From NCBI GenBank assembly GCA_013239625.1, contig MU053304.1, positions 2,294,001-2,358,000 on the forward strand: a stretch of DNA of 64,000 nucleotides, given 5' to 3'. How positions within the stretch are numbered: the stretch's first letter is position 1; every line of letters begins with the position of its first letter. A model generated the notes under the pieces. The model was not told the origin of the DNA. It made no database searches and saw only the letters and a program-made list of their open reading frames with translations. The DNA comes from Lama guanicoe. Its lineage: Eukaryota. Made by a program: the position numbers and the translations under genes. Below are positions 48,116 to 59,400 of the stretch, one piece after another.

Positions 48116-49799
48116 CTTATCCAGCCTCTCAGGTGAGTAAAAACCCTCAGCTCAGGGCCTGACCCAGGGCACCCTCCATCCAGGTAAGTCACAAAGCTAT
48201 TTCCGCAGCCTGGCTTTCCTGTAAATCCCTCTTCTCTAGTCAGCACCTTTCTTCCTGGTAAATTAAATTATACCTTGGGGCCAACTTCAAAGGTTTTATT
48301 CCTCAAGGATGGAAGATTAAGAAGAAAGATCTTCCACTGTCTTGGGCATCTTTACATATTTACCTATTTCAATCCCATGTGAAGTGAAATTTTTCTGAAA
48401 CTTAAAGAAATGAAACGATTTCTCCCATTTGACACAAAGCTAGACGGAGACTCAAATATTCGTACAGATGGCATCTTCCCAATTCTTTGTACAGAAGGCA
48501 TCTTCCATAACATGGCAAAGATCTCTAAATGGTTGAGGTTATAGGCATCTATAAAAATACCATTCCTTTTATATTTCCTTTAAACGTTTCTTTTCTCATC
48601 CATGAAGTTCAATAGAGGAATTGCAGAATCAATTGTGAATTAGGGACTCTAGTGTCCAGTGCTACTATCCAAATAATTAAAGTATACAAAAGGGAAAAAA
48701 ATACTGAGCATAATTGGTTCTTAATAATTGGATCTTTGATCATTCCTCACTCATTATTATAAATGTGTCATTTAATGCACTGACATTTAATCAAACATAC
48801 CATTTACTCCAATGCTTCTTGAATGGTGGAATGCTAATCTTCATGCCCATTAAAAATGCAGGCCATTGTATCATAATTATTGCTCAGTTTTTAAAGCCAT
48901 ACGATTTTCAGCATCTATTATATGGATCTGCCGTCAGCGTTTTTGTGCAAATCAGCCTGAGAGGTCACTCCTGGTATTTAGCATTACCTCCTCTTCATCA
49001 TTTTACCTTTGATTTCCCAGTTTTAAAAGAGACTGTTGATATTTACAACAACCAGATTGTTATTTCCAGGGGAGATACTGCAACTCTGGCTTTACTTAGT
49101 GGCATTCTCTTTTATAACTTCATTTCATGATCAAAGAAGACACGTTTATAATAGAGAAGAAAGGATAGTCTCAATATATCATTGTGCAAGAGTGAATTTC
49201 TCATGCTGATGTGATTGGGGAATGGTTGTTCCTCTTGTTTGCCAATAAACATGCAATGCCTTTCATATATATACATAAATATATATTCTTATATGACTTA
49301 TATATGTGTATTCATATGTATGATTTATTTAAGAATTATTTTTATTGCTTTTTAATTCTTTGATCTTGAGGGAAAAAATTATGAACACCGTATTGGTTTC
49401 CCTGGTGAAAATTCTTCCCAGAAGACCCGGTATGGTCTGAGATATTTCACTAACAGCAGGCAGCACACAAAGCCATTTCTACGGGAAAACATGCCATCTG
49501 GAACAAAACAATTTGCAGAAATGCATGTCAGTATGATTATGCTCTCCTAGGTGAATGATGATGATAACTGCATTATCAAAATAGTTTTTTAGTAGGAAAT
49601 GGAAGACTATTTGCAAAGAACTGTTATGGATATTCTTTGGTTAAATTTTCTGGCAAGTGCTTCATGCATTTCAAAGTAAGAGAGACTGAACCGACACCAT
49701 GTGGCTGTTCTCATGTGCTGGATAAAATGCAGGAAGGACAGAGGGAGACTGGAGTATTAACATAATCGAGCAAACTGTTTCGTAGAGTTATCCTTAAGT

Positions 49800-50200
49800 A
49801 AACCCACGATCAGCTGACTCGCAGTCCTCTATGCCTCAGTGTCCTGGTCACCCTCTGGTTCCTCCTACACTCACACCAACGGCCTTTGCACATACTGCTC
49901 TGACTGCCTGGAGCAGATCACGACCTGTTCTCTGTCTCCCAGTCTTAAACCCATTCCTTATGACACAGATAATACTTCTTTAGCCTGTAAAGGTGTGGTC
50001 AAAAGTCCCATACAGTCCTCTATCTGCGTAGCACCTTGGGTATGTTCTTTCTAGCACTTATCATGGTTGTAATCTTGCTTTTATTGGCATGACTCTCGGG
50101 ATAACGGCAGTCGATTCCCCGCTCGGTTTTAAGTTCGCCAAGCACCTACCACAACGTCTGCTGCCTAGACGGAGCCCATAAACACTTTCTGAATGAATTA
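49800..50200 (+). mobile_element. L2 3' portion
   Basis: ggcctttgcacatactgctctgactgcctgga...tagcactta...agcacctaccacaacgtctg...ataaacactttctgaatgaattaatg. Confidence 0.65.
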
Positions 50201-51069
50201 ATGCTTTGGCTTTAGAGTGTGATGACTGTGACGTTGGACCACCTTGCTGAGGTTCACCGCTAGTTTCACTAAGCAGCCAAGGCTTGGCTGGTGGGGCAGC
50301 ACACTTTGCCGGCTGCACTCAAGTGTGGTCGGTGACTGCGGAGCGGAGACTGCATCTGTTTGAAACTATCTGGGCTGAGTGGGGATCCAAGTCTGCAGAT
50401 TAGAACAACTGATTCCTTAATCAACAGGGTCAAGATGACTTCAAAGAGATTTCTTCATGGGAGAGATTGGGCAAGAGGAGGGTCCAAGCCTGATGTAGGA
50501 AATGTTAAATCTTCTGTTCTGACTTTATGAGGCTGTTTCTACCAAATTGCAAATATTTCCAGTTTAGTTCCAGGTTTGTGCCCAAAGAGAACAGTAATGA
50601 CTGGGATTACAAGTTGTAAGAACAATGAAAGGCCGTGGGGATGGTTTATCAATTTTTCCTTGATTGGGACCTAGAGAAGTCCAGGGACTTGCCCATGATC
50701 CCTGGGCTAGCGGCAGGGGCAGGGCTGGAATCCAGCATCCTTATCCATCAAGTCAGATCCTGCTTCTTACAATAGCCCGTCTGCTGCATATAAACCTGGG
50801 TCCACTCACTCACACAGGTGGCTTGCCTTGTCACCTAGAAGAAAGGTGAACAAGCACTTAACTTTTTGGGATCTCAGGCTTTGATTTCCCACTTGTAAAA
50901 TAATGGACCGTGCTAGATAATGCCTAAAGTAGCTTTGAATTACAGATCATTTGTTACTCTACACCAACCCTCTGCTCTTCTCAAACTGATTCTTTGGACA
51001 TCATTTCTAAGCCCAAGCCCTGTATTGCAGAGTATAATATACAAGTTCAACATTAAGCATAAATAGCAC

Positions 51070-51298
51070 TTGTATTAGTTATCATACGTACACAGAACTA
51101 ACACTTACAATATGCAAGACACAGTTCTGCGTTACATATAGTACCTAATTTAATCCCTACTGTGACTTATGGGAAACACTAATATTAATTTACTCCCGTT
51201 CTATAGACAGGGAAACTGATACCCAAGGTCTCAGAGATTCTAAATGGCAGGGCTAGGATTTGAACCCCAGCAGTCTGGGTCCAGAGTTTGTGCTAACT
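51070..51298 (-). mobile_element. MIR SINE
   Basis: atagacagggaaactga...ggcagggctaggatttgaaccccagcagtctgggtccagag. Confidence 0.75.
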
Positions 51299-51529
51299 TG
51301 GTTTAGAGACAAATGGACGAAGTGAATTTTGACTCTTATATTTAATTTGTTTATATATTTACTTTTTTTCCAAAAGGGTTTGAAGTGCCTTACAGAGGTA
51401 CACATTATGCAACACACACAACATGAATAAATAAGGGGAAGGGAAAATTAATAAATAAGACAGGATTTGGAAAAACTATTTTTAAGTATCTCCATGAGTT
51501 GTAAAAGTGTCATATATTTTGCAGGTTAA

Positions 51530-51905
51530 GCTGTTTTCAGTTATATAGTTTGCAAGTAATTTCTCCCATTCCATAGGTGGCCTTTCCACTCTGCTGATGA
51601 TTTCTTTCGCTGCTCACAAGCTTTTTAGTGTGATGCAATCCCACTTGTTTATTTTTGTTTTGTCGCCTGTGTTTTGAGTTTCATATTCATGAGATTGTCG
51701 CCAAGACCGACATCACGAAGCCTTTCCCCTAATATTTTCTTCTAGGAGTTTTACCTTTTATTTCCTTTGAGTTGATTTTTGTGCGTGGTGTAAGATAAGG
51801 ACTTAATGTCATCTTTTTGCTTGTAGATATAGAGTTTAACCAAGACCATCTGTTGAAGAGAGTATCCCTTCCCCATTGCGGATTCTTGGTGCCTTGGTCC
51901 AAGGC
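51530..51905 (-). mobile_element. L1 ORF2 C-terminal remnant
   Basis: Minus-strand translation QGTKNPQWGRDTLFNRWSWLNSISTSKKMTLSPYLTPRTKINSKEIK resembles L1 ORF2p (QWGKDSLFNKWCW...LDPYLTPYTKINSKWIK). Confidence 0.9.
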
Positions 51906-51914
51906 CATTTCCTC

Positions 51915-52090
51915 TCCTGATTCCCACCCCAGCCTTGTCTGTAATGAAGAATTGCATCCATCTGGCTCACTTGCCCTCTGGCAGCAACTGGTTTTAGCTA
52001 ATGGGGAGCACTGGCCAGAGACTGGAGGATGAGAGAGGGCGATGTCTGTGTACTCATTCCCCTGGCTTTTCCCCTGCAAGGCCATCTTGA
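51915..52090. mobile_element. LTR fragment (MLT1/ERVL-type)
   Basis: ccttgccctctggc-like segment...gctaatggggagcactggccagagactggagg. Confidence 0.45.
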
Positions 52091-52139
52091 GCCAAGATAA
52101 TGAGAGAAAAATTCCCCAAGCTCTGTTTTAAGTACTATT

Positions 52140-53680
52140 GTTTTTTATACATAAACTTTTTTGGTATCGGATTTCATTTTTGTGCAAGACATTGGGTAGG
52201 GATTCATGTTAATTTTTTAATATGGCTACCAGTTGACCCACCGGCCTAAACCCAGTTCTTTACTGCTAATTTGAAATGCTATCAGATATACACGATAACA
52301 TTTAAAAAAAATTTTTATTTTTGTATTTTTTGTGATAGGATTATATTTTTTATCCTATTGGTTGCTTTATTAAATACAGTATCTAACATACTTAATCATT
52401 TATTTTGTTACACATAATTTATTCTTTAATTTGAATGATAATGAACTTTGACAATATTTCGTCCTTCCTCCTTTCCCTCTCTTCCTCTTCAAAATTATCT
52501 AATTTTAATTGACTGTTTTATTTTCCTCAGTGTTTAACTTATATCTTTACACATGTACTTTTATCTCTATATACTTGATTTATTGGTTTTAAATACCCTT
52601 TTTTGACCACAAACTATAAATTAATTGGAAAGCAGCATATTCATATAACCTCCATCCCACATTCTCTCCAACTTCCTCTCTCAGCTTCTATCTAATCATT
52701 TTACAAATATTGTTGAGAGTTATTACGTACAGATTATTCTACACCCATAATTTGTCTTTGACAAAGTCCTGTAGTTCAGCATATTTAAAGCTCACCTTGA
52801 ATCATTTTTCTATTATCTTCCTTTCAAATATATTATTTGCCCATGGGATTTTTTATCAAGAAATTTCTTTAAGAAGAGATAATGAGAATTTTATTCCTGA
52901 GTTCTAACATGTCCAGAATTTTGGTATCTTTACTCTTGAATGGCAGTGTCTTGGTATAAAATTGGTGCTTAATGCTTTCTTTCTTGGAGGACTTTGTAGA
53001 GTGCTCTACTCCCCTCTTGCACTGATTCTCTTCTAGATCTAACATGGAATGAGAAGATAATATATGACTAGTCAGATTTCTTCTCCCGTAGTGACTGGAT
53101 TTTTTTCTTGGCTTCTCAAAGTTTCTTTATTGCAAAGATAGATAACTTGTCCTCAATACCCTTAAATTCAATGTTGACATTCTGTTCTAGTGTTTACTGG
53201 GGGACAGTATATGCCTTCAATCTGTGGGGACATATTTTCTTTTATTTTGGAGATTTAACAAATATATCTTTTCAATATTGTTTCTCTTTCACCATATTGG
53301 TTTTCTTCTTTGGGGGCATCAATGAAACTTTTTAAACTTTGTCTCCATCTTAATTGTGTTTGATTATTTTTTCTTAGTTTTGTGTTCTATGCTTTGCTGT
53401 ATTTCTCTTTATGTTGTTTTAGAAAGGAATTCTATTTAGGATTAGTTTTGTTCTTTTACTTCTCTCTTTAGTTCTATTTCATCTTTATTGTTTTTTTTAA
53501 TTTTTTGTCTTCCTATTTTTTTCCTTAAACTCTTTTATCTCAGCTTTGAGATCTTGTTTTATATAGGCAACAGCTTATACTTTTCTTTAAGTTTATGATG
53601 TTTAGTTAGTATTAATCTGCTGCATACATATTAGCAACATAATTCTGCTGAGTCTATTTTCATCTGCCATTTTTTTTCCA
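52140..53680 (-). mobile_element. Highly decayed ancient L1 fragments
   Basis: Very T-rich sequence with antisense L1M character. Confidence 0.5.
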
Positions 53681-53688
53681 TTCCTTTT

Positions 53689-54076
53689 TGTATTAGCTAA
53701 AGCTGCCATAACAAAATGCCATATACTGGGTGGCTTAAACAGCAGAAGTCTATTTTCTCACAGTTCTGGAGGCTAGAAGTCTGAGATCAGGGTGCTAACA
53801 TAGTCAGGTTCTGGTGAGAGCTCTCTCTATGTCTTGCAGACAGCAACCTCCTCACCGTGTTCTCACATGACAGCATGGTAGAGAGAAAGAGAGAGAGAGA
53901 GAGAGAGCTCTGGTGTTTCTTCTTATAAGGGCACTGACATCATCATGAAGGCTCCATCCTCTTGACCTCGTCTAAACCTAATTACTCCCCAAATCCCCAT
54001 CTTCAAATACTATCACACTGGAGGATAGGGCTTCAACATATAAATCTGAAGGGACACAAACAGTTAGTTCATAACA
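53689..54076. mobile_element. MLT1A-like (MaLR) solo LTR with internal (GA)n
   Basis: TG...CA ends. gctgccataacaaaatgccatatactgggtggcttaaac...ctcacagttctggaggctagaagtctgagatcaggg...tcttataagggcact...gggcttcaacatataaat...cataaca. Confidence 0.92.
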
Positions 54077-54156
54077 CTTCCCTTCCTTTCTTTTGTAGTA
54101 TCTTTGTATATATGCTGTATCTTCATTTTTAACTTTATAGGGAGTATAATGTGTCT

Positions 54157-55833
54157 CAGTGTTTCTCTAAGTGTGGTTTGCAGAATCTTGGTGGTCCCTG
54201 AAAACTTCTTCAGGGATTCTACAAAGTCAGAACTATTTTGCTAACAATGCTGAAACCCTATTTTCTTTTTCATCATTTTGACATTTGTACCACAGGTACC
54301 AAAGCAATGATGGCTGAAACTGTTGGTCCTGAACACGAACTAAGGCAGTGGCATCAAAATGGACTGTCAGTCACTGTCATTTTCACAGTGGTAATTTCAC
54401 AATTAAAAAAAAATTCCCAGTTTTAGTTTTCTGTAAGAATGTGTTTAATAAAAAGCAGAAATCATTGTTAATTCTATTAAATCTTGTCCTTTAAGTACAT
54501 ATCTTTAAAATATCCTGCACAATGAAATGAGAGTTACACATAGAGCTCTTCTGCTGAATATGAAAATATGATGGTTGGCTAAAAAAAAAAAGAGTTCCTT
54601 ATTCATGGAATAACATCTTTACATGAAAGGATAACTGACAAAAAAACTAACATTATTCAGATTTAAGCATTTGGCAGATATTTTCTCAAAAACAAATCAA
54701 GTGAGACTGTCACATCAAGGAAGATAAGTGACAATATTGGTTGCCAAAAGGAAAAAAAATCAGACTTTCAAGCAAAAACTAGAAGTTTGGAAAAAGTTTA
54801 TTGTGCTATTCTGGGCCTGACATCTTCCCAACACTTAACAACTTTACTGATGAGTTTAGTAGTGATCTTAACGATTCGATTTCTCAATATTGCACAATAA
54901 AATGAGTCAACATTTAAAAGACAGATCTGCATTACTCAGTGAACCAGACGACCAGTGCATGATGTTACAAAATCATGCACGAGTAAAAGAGTCATTCAAA
55001 GTACAAGTTAGAGCAATAGGTTTTAATACAATAGAGTAAGAAAATTTCATTGTTGCGGTTTCCCATTCCACACTGCAACTGCCCTTTAAGAAACTACAAC
55101 TTCTCAAGTTTTGAAATCTTAAAGGGGAATATCCACAATTGTTTAAATGCCGCTCCTTTTCCAAATGCACGTTGTTTAAAGCCAGATTTTCTTCATATAT
55201 GTCAACCAAAGCAACATATCCCAACAGATTACATGCAGAAGCAGATATTAGGATCCAGATTTTTTTTCTATTAAACCAGGCATTAAAAGATTTTTTAAAA
55301 TATAAAACAATACCATTCTTCTGACTGATTTTATTTTGGTTAGCAAAATATAGTTATACTGCATTAAAATCCTTGTTAAAAATGAACTTATTTAAAAACC
55401 AGAAGCAGACTCACAGACTTAGGAAACAAATTTACAGTGACCAAAGGAGAAAGGGCGGGGGAGGGATAAATTAGGAGTTTGAGGATTAGCAGATATAAAC
55501 TCCTACATATAAAATAGGTAAACAACAAAGTCCTACTGTACAGCACAGGGAACTATAGTCAACATTTTGCACTAACCTATAATGAAAAAGAATATGAAAA
55601 AATACATATATGTGTGTAACTAAATCACTATGCTGTAAACCAGAAACTAGCACCACATTGTAAATCAATTATACTGGAATCATTTTTTTTTAAATAGAAA
55701 AAAATCATGTTAAAATTTAATGGATTTGCTACAGTTAATTTTAAATAAGTTACAAAAACGAAAGTTCTTTGAAATCCTCGATAATTCTTAGAGTGTGATG
55801 AGGTACTGAGATCAAAGCATTGGAGCTGTGCTG
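54157..55833. mobile_element. Charlie1a-like hAT DNA transposon, near full length, interrupted by L1
   Basis: Begins cagtgtttctctaagtgtggt...ggtccctga...agtcagaactatttt and ends aaagttctttgaaatcctcgataatt...gtactgagatcaaagcattggagctgtgctg. Internal motifs include ttggcagatattttctcaaa and catgcagaagcagatattaggatccag. Confidence 0.85.
55381..55700 (+). mobile_element. L1 3' end nested in the Charlie element
   Basis: agcagactcacagac...ggagggataaattaggagtttgaggattagcagata...cctactgtacagcacagggaactata...cacattgtaaatcaattatact. Degenerate TSD aaaatccttgttaaaa / aaaatcatgttaaaa. Confidence 0.9.
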
Positions 55834-56090
55834 GTATAGTGGTTAAGAGTGTGGAATCTATACCCAGATTTTCTGGGTCCACATTCTGACTATCATTTTC
55901 TAGTTATATGACCCTGGGCAACTTACTTAAACCCACTAGGTTATTTTCCCTTTCTGTGCTTCAGTTTCCTCATCTGAAAAATGGGGACAATAGGAGCACC
56001 TGACTTACAGGGTTGTTATAAGGATTAAATACATGTAACATGCCTAGCACGTTGCCGGGCACACAGTATCGCCATATGTGCTACTGTGAG
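55834..56090 (+). mobile_element. MIR SINE, near full length
   Basis: gtatagtggttaagagtgtgg...gaccctgggcaacttacttaa...cttcagtttcctcatctgaaaaatggggacaatagg...tgcctagcac. Confidence 0.88.
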
Positions 56091-58857
56091 GTTCATGTTA
56101 GTTATAATCATGTCATCATTACTCAGGTTGGATTGACACAATTATTCTTGAACAGCTATTTTATGAAATTTAATTAATAAAGGAGCAAAGGCTGGGTCGT
56201 AAGCTCTTGAGAATTCTCCTCCACATTCACGGTTGTGTATGTGCATTACTGTAGCCTTTGTTCCTTCCTAACTGACTGAGATGAGATGCTGCAGGTTCCT
56301 CATGAGGTGAAGACCTGTCTCTTCTCCACCTGCCTCCCTGGCTGATAGCTTTGGGATTGTTTGACTTACCAGGTGGTTCTTCATTCGTATCTACTCTCCT
56401 GCTTCTCGAAACTTCATGCCATGAGGAGCCTCACCCAGCCACACCTCTTACTCTTCTTTGTCACTGAATCTAGAAGAATTTTTTTTTTTGAGATTTAGAG
56501 AAGTTAAATTTATTAAATGTTCCTAAAAATCATAGAGGAGGCCATTTGTTACATTATTGGCTACACAGATTTATGTGATAATTTATTCATAGCATTTAGA
56601 TATATATTTTATAGCCCACTACGTCCACCCTCATCCTTTAAGGAATTCAAATTTTGAAATTTTTGTAATTTAGTTACCCTAAATAACTGAGAAATGCAGA
56701 GTCATAGCTACTTTTTTTTGAGATAAAAGGAGTAAATTTACTATTTTTTCTATACTAATTACTGCCTTTCTTTGCATGTTCTGACAAATCTTAAATCTTT
56801 TCTCCCCCCAGAATATACCACTAAAGAAAATGATTGGCCAGAGGTGGAGTGGTGGGGAAAGAAAATCATCTATAATCGTGCTATTTTTACAAAACTCTTA
56901 CACTGTGTTGCAGAGTTACCAGTTTGATCTGGTTTCATCATGATGGAATTTGAATTTCACTTTAACACTCTTTCCTTCATTTTTCTCGCCACTTTAGGGA
57001 CATTTTCAAGAAGAAAATGTGAAAGAAACAAACAAATCTTTACTCCACATGTAAGACTGGGCATGTGTTTTAACATTAGCAAACTGTGTTAACACAACTT
57101 GTGGAATCAAGCATTTTTATATTCTGAATGTGTGTTTGAATTTCTGAAAAGACAGAAACCATAGGGAAAGGACCATATAAATTTTTTCTCTTCCTAATAA
57201 ATGATATCTGTGGCTTGATGCTGTTCCCTCACTGAGCCAAGTGGAGTGTATGACCTAAGGTGGTTTCAGCTACAAGGTCTAGCCACGTGTATCCTATGGA
57301 AACAGCAAATCAAGGCAAACACTTTCTTCTGAAGAACTCATTTTTGGGACCTTCTCCTGATTCACACTCCAAGGTTACCAAGTGTAAGTTCCATGTTGTA
57401 TGTCTCCTTTTCTTTCCCAGAAATCACATCATTTATTTGACCTCAGCCATGTCTCTCCCAGCAAGATATGTATCAAGGATGGAATAGAAATGATTTGGAA
57501 ACATTTAAAAGGAAAAAGAAAAATTGGATGATTTTGAGAAGGGTATTTAATCGACGTAGCTATACTCGATTATACACTTTTGCTTTTCTCTGGTGTTTTA
57601 GACTTAGCAAACATGGTTTTAATTTTGAATCCTACCTGTTATTAAATTATTTTCCACCAAACCAAAAAAAAAAAAAAAAAGAACATGTAATGGATTCCAG
57701 ATTCAGTGCAGCTTCAAGAAACACAAGATATTTCAGAACCCTGGGGGATAATGAAATGCTACAAAAACTTCAAAGCAAAGCCCCAAGAAGAAATGCTCAA
57801 ATTCACATCTTGAGCTCTCTTGGCTATTTTCCTAACTGTGAAAGAGGTCAGCCTTACCCAGCCATGGAAACAGGTGAAAAATGGATGGTTAACATAGCAG
57901 AACACTTCCCACTGCTACACTTGGGGTTGCTTTTTACCTCTTCTCCAACCAACTGAGCACTAGAACATGATTAATGTCTGCTCTTCTATACCAGATGCAG
58001 AATGAGAGCCAGACTGAGCTTCAGTCGCATTGTTTAATCACTGATCCCTTCATGCGGCAGTGGCACGCGGTGGGAGTGGGTGTGCTGCGGGCCTGAGGGG
58101 ACAGGCCAGGCAGGGCTGGCGGGCTTCTGTGGAGAGCCTTGTTCATGCTTCTTACTCCTGATCCGTGGTGGGAGCTCAAGCTGACTATGGTGAGTCTGGG
58201 TTTAATTTTCTTAATTGGAACAGATGTCAACTAGTCACAAATATGAGACTGATGACCAACTCTATTGCTATAGGTGATAAAATACATGATTGTTAGAACA
58301 CTTAGGAGAGCTGAAAAGTGAGCATTCCCTGCCGGAGAAAGCCAGTTTAATTGGAAGAGTTAGATGTTGGTAACAACCTGCCGGATCATTTCTCTATCAG
58401 GGTTTCGCCCAAAGCTAGAACAGCCTCTATCCCTGCTTTAAAGTGACATGCCACATTCCTTCTCTGACAGATACTGGAGATTTTTGAATTTCCAGAAAGT
58501 AGGTTTAAAGAATTCAACCTTCACTTTTAGATCCAAGGTCTGCTAATCACATTTTTAAGGACCTGGCCACTTCGCATATTGGAATCCTGTGCTACCATGA
58601 AGGTAACTATGGAAAACAACACAAAACAAAACCTACAAAGGCAGGAGTGAGATAAGACAGAGCGGTATTAGGTGACTTAGGTGGAGGAGGAAGCTGAGTT
58701 ATAGGAACCTCACTGACAACTAGATGGCCTGCAACATACCCTCCCAATACCCTTGGCCAGGAAGAAAATGGTGGTCCATCAATTTGTATGACAGTGAGTC
58801 TTGGGACCCCATACATTTGGGTTCAAATCCCAACTCTATTACTCATTAACTAGATAT

Positions 58858-58940
58858 TGGGTATCTGAGATCTTTCTGTTAGGTCTTTACAATTTTTCTG
58901 CAAATATGAAACTATTCTACAATAAAATATTTATTTACAA
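58858..58940 (+). mobile_element. Short L1M 3' tail
   Basis: gggtatctgagatctttctgt...tttacaatttttctgcaaatatgaaactattctacaataaaa. Confidence 0.6.
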
Positions 58941-59029
58941 ATAGGGTACCTTTTGTTCAAAAAGCAGGACAGGGTTAGGGGAATATGTAGACAAAATCCT
59001 GTCTCAGGCAGGCAGAAAGACAAAGACAT

Positions 59030-59219
59030 GGTGTAAAATGGACTCAGCTTGAGCCAAGCCTCCACGTCCTTGGTGCATGTTTTACTCTCCCAGTGAACAT
59101 CATTCACAAAACCAAAATTCAAAACCAAAATTATTAACGTTTCAAAATGGTGACTGCAGAGCATGAGAGTTTCAAAATGTGTGATTGCACTGGTCACATG
59201 CCCATAATGCTGGCCCTGC
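59030..59219. mobile_element. hAT-Tip100 (MER91-like) fragment
   Basis: Ends gtgattgcactggtcacatgcccataatgctggccctg. Confidence 0.6.
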
Positions 59220-59297
59220 TCCAGGTATGTCCTTGGCCTTGCCAGACCTTCCATTAGCTCTCCAAAGAGAAGCACAGGACAAACCACTATCTGTGAT

Positions 59298-59400
59298 TCA
59301 GGGCAGAAATTCTTAATCTTTTTTGTTTCATGGATTCTTTTGGGGAACCTGGAGAATACCACTGACCTCTTCTCAGAATAATATTAGCACATTAGTACAT
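59298..59400. mobile_element. hAT-Charlie MER fragment
   Basis: ttcttaatcttttttgtttcatggattcttttggggaacctggagaa...gacctcttctcagaataat. Confidence 0.55.

Noticed and set aside
49050..49110. Minus-strand LSKARVAVSPLEITI resembling a Bel/Pao RNase H motif
   Set aside because: A short match with stops nearby and no other retroelement motifs. Chance is the most likely explanation.
51729..52085. 118-aa ORF as a gene
   Set aside because: It is a fusion of an LTR fragment and an L1 ORF2 remnant. Reported as repeats.
57468..57956. 162-aa ORF
   Set aside because: Runs through a poly(A) tract (poly-Lys), has a non-ATG start, and has no recognisable domain.
58713..58732. CTCF-like motif tgacaactagatggcct
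   Set aside because: Mismatches at core positions; cannot be supported without PWM scoring or ChIP data.
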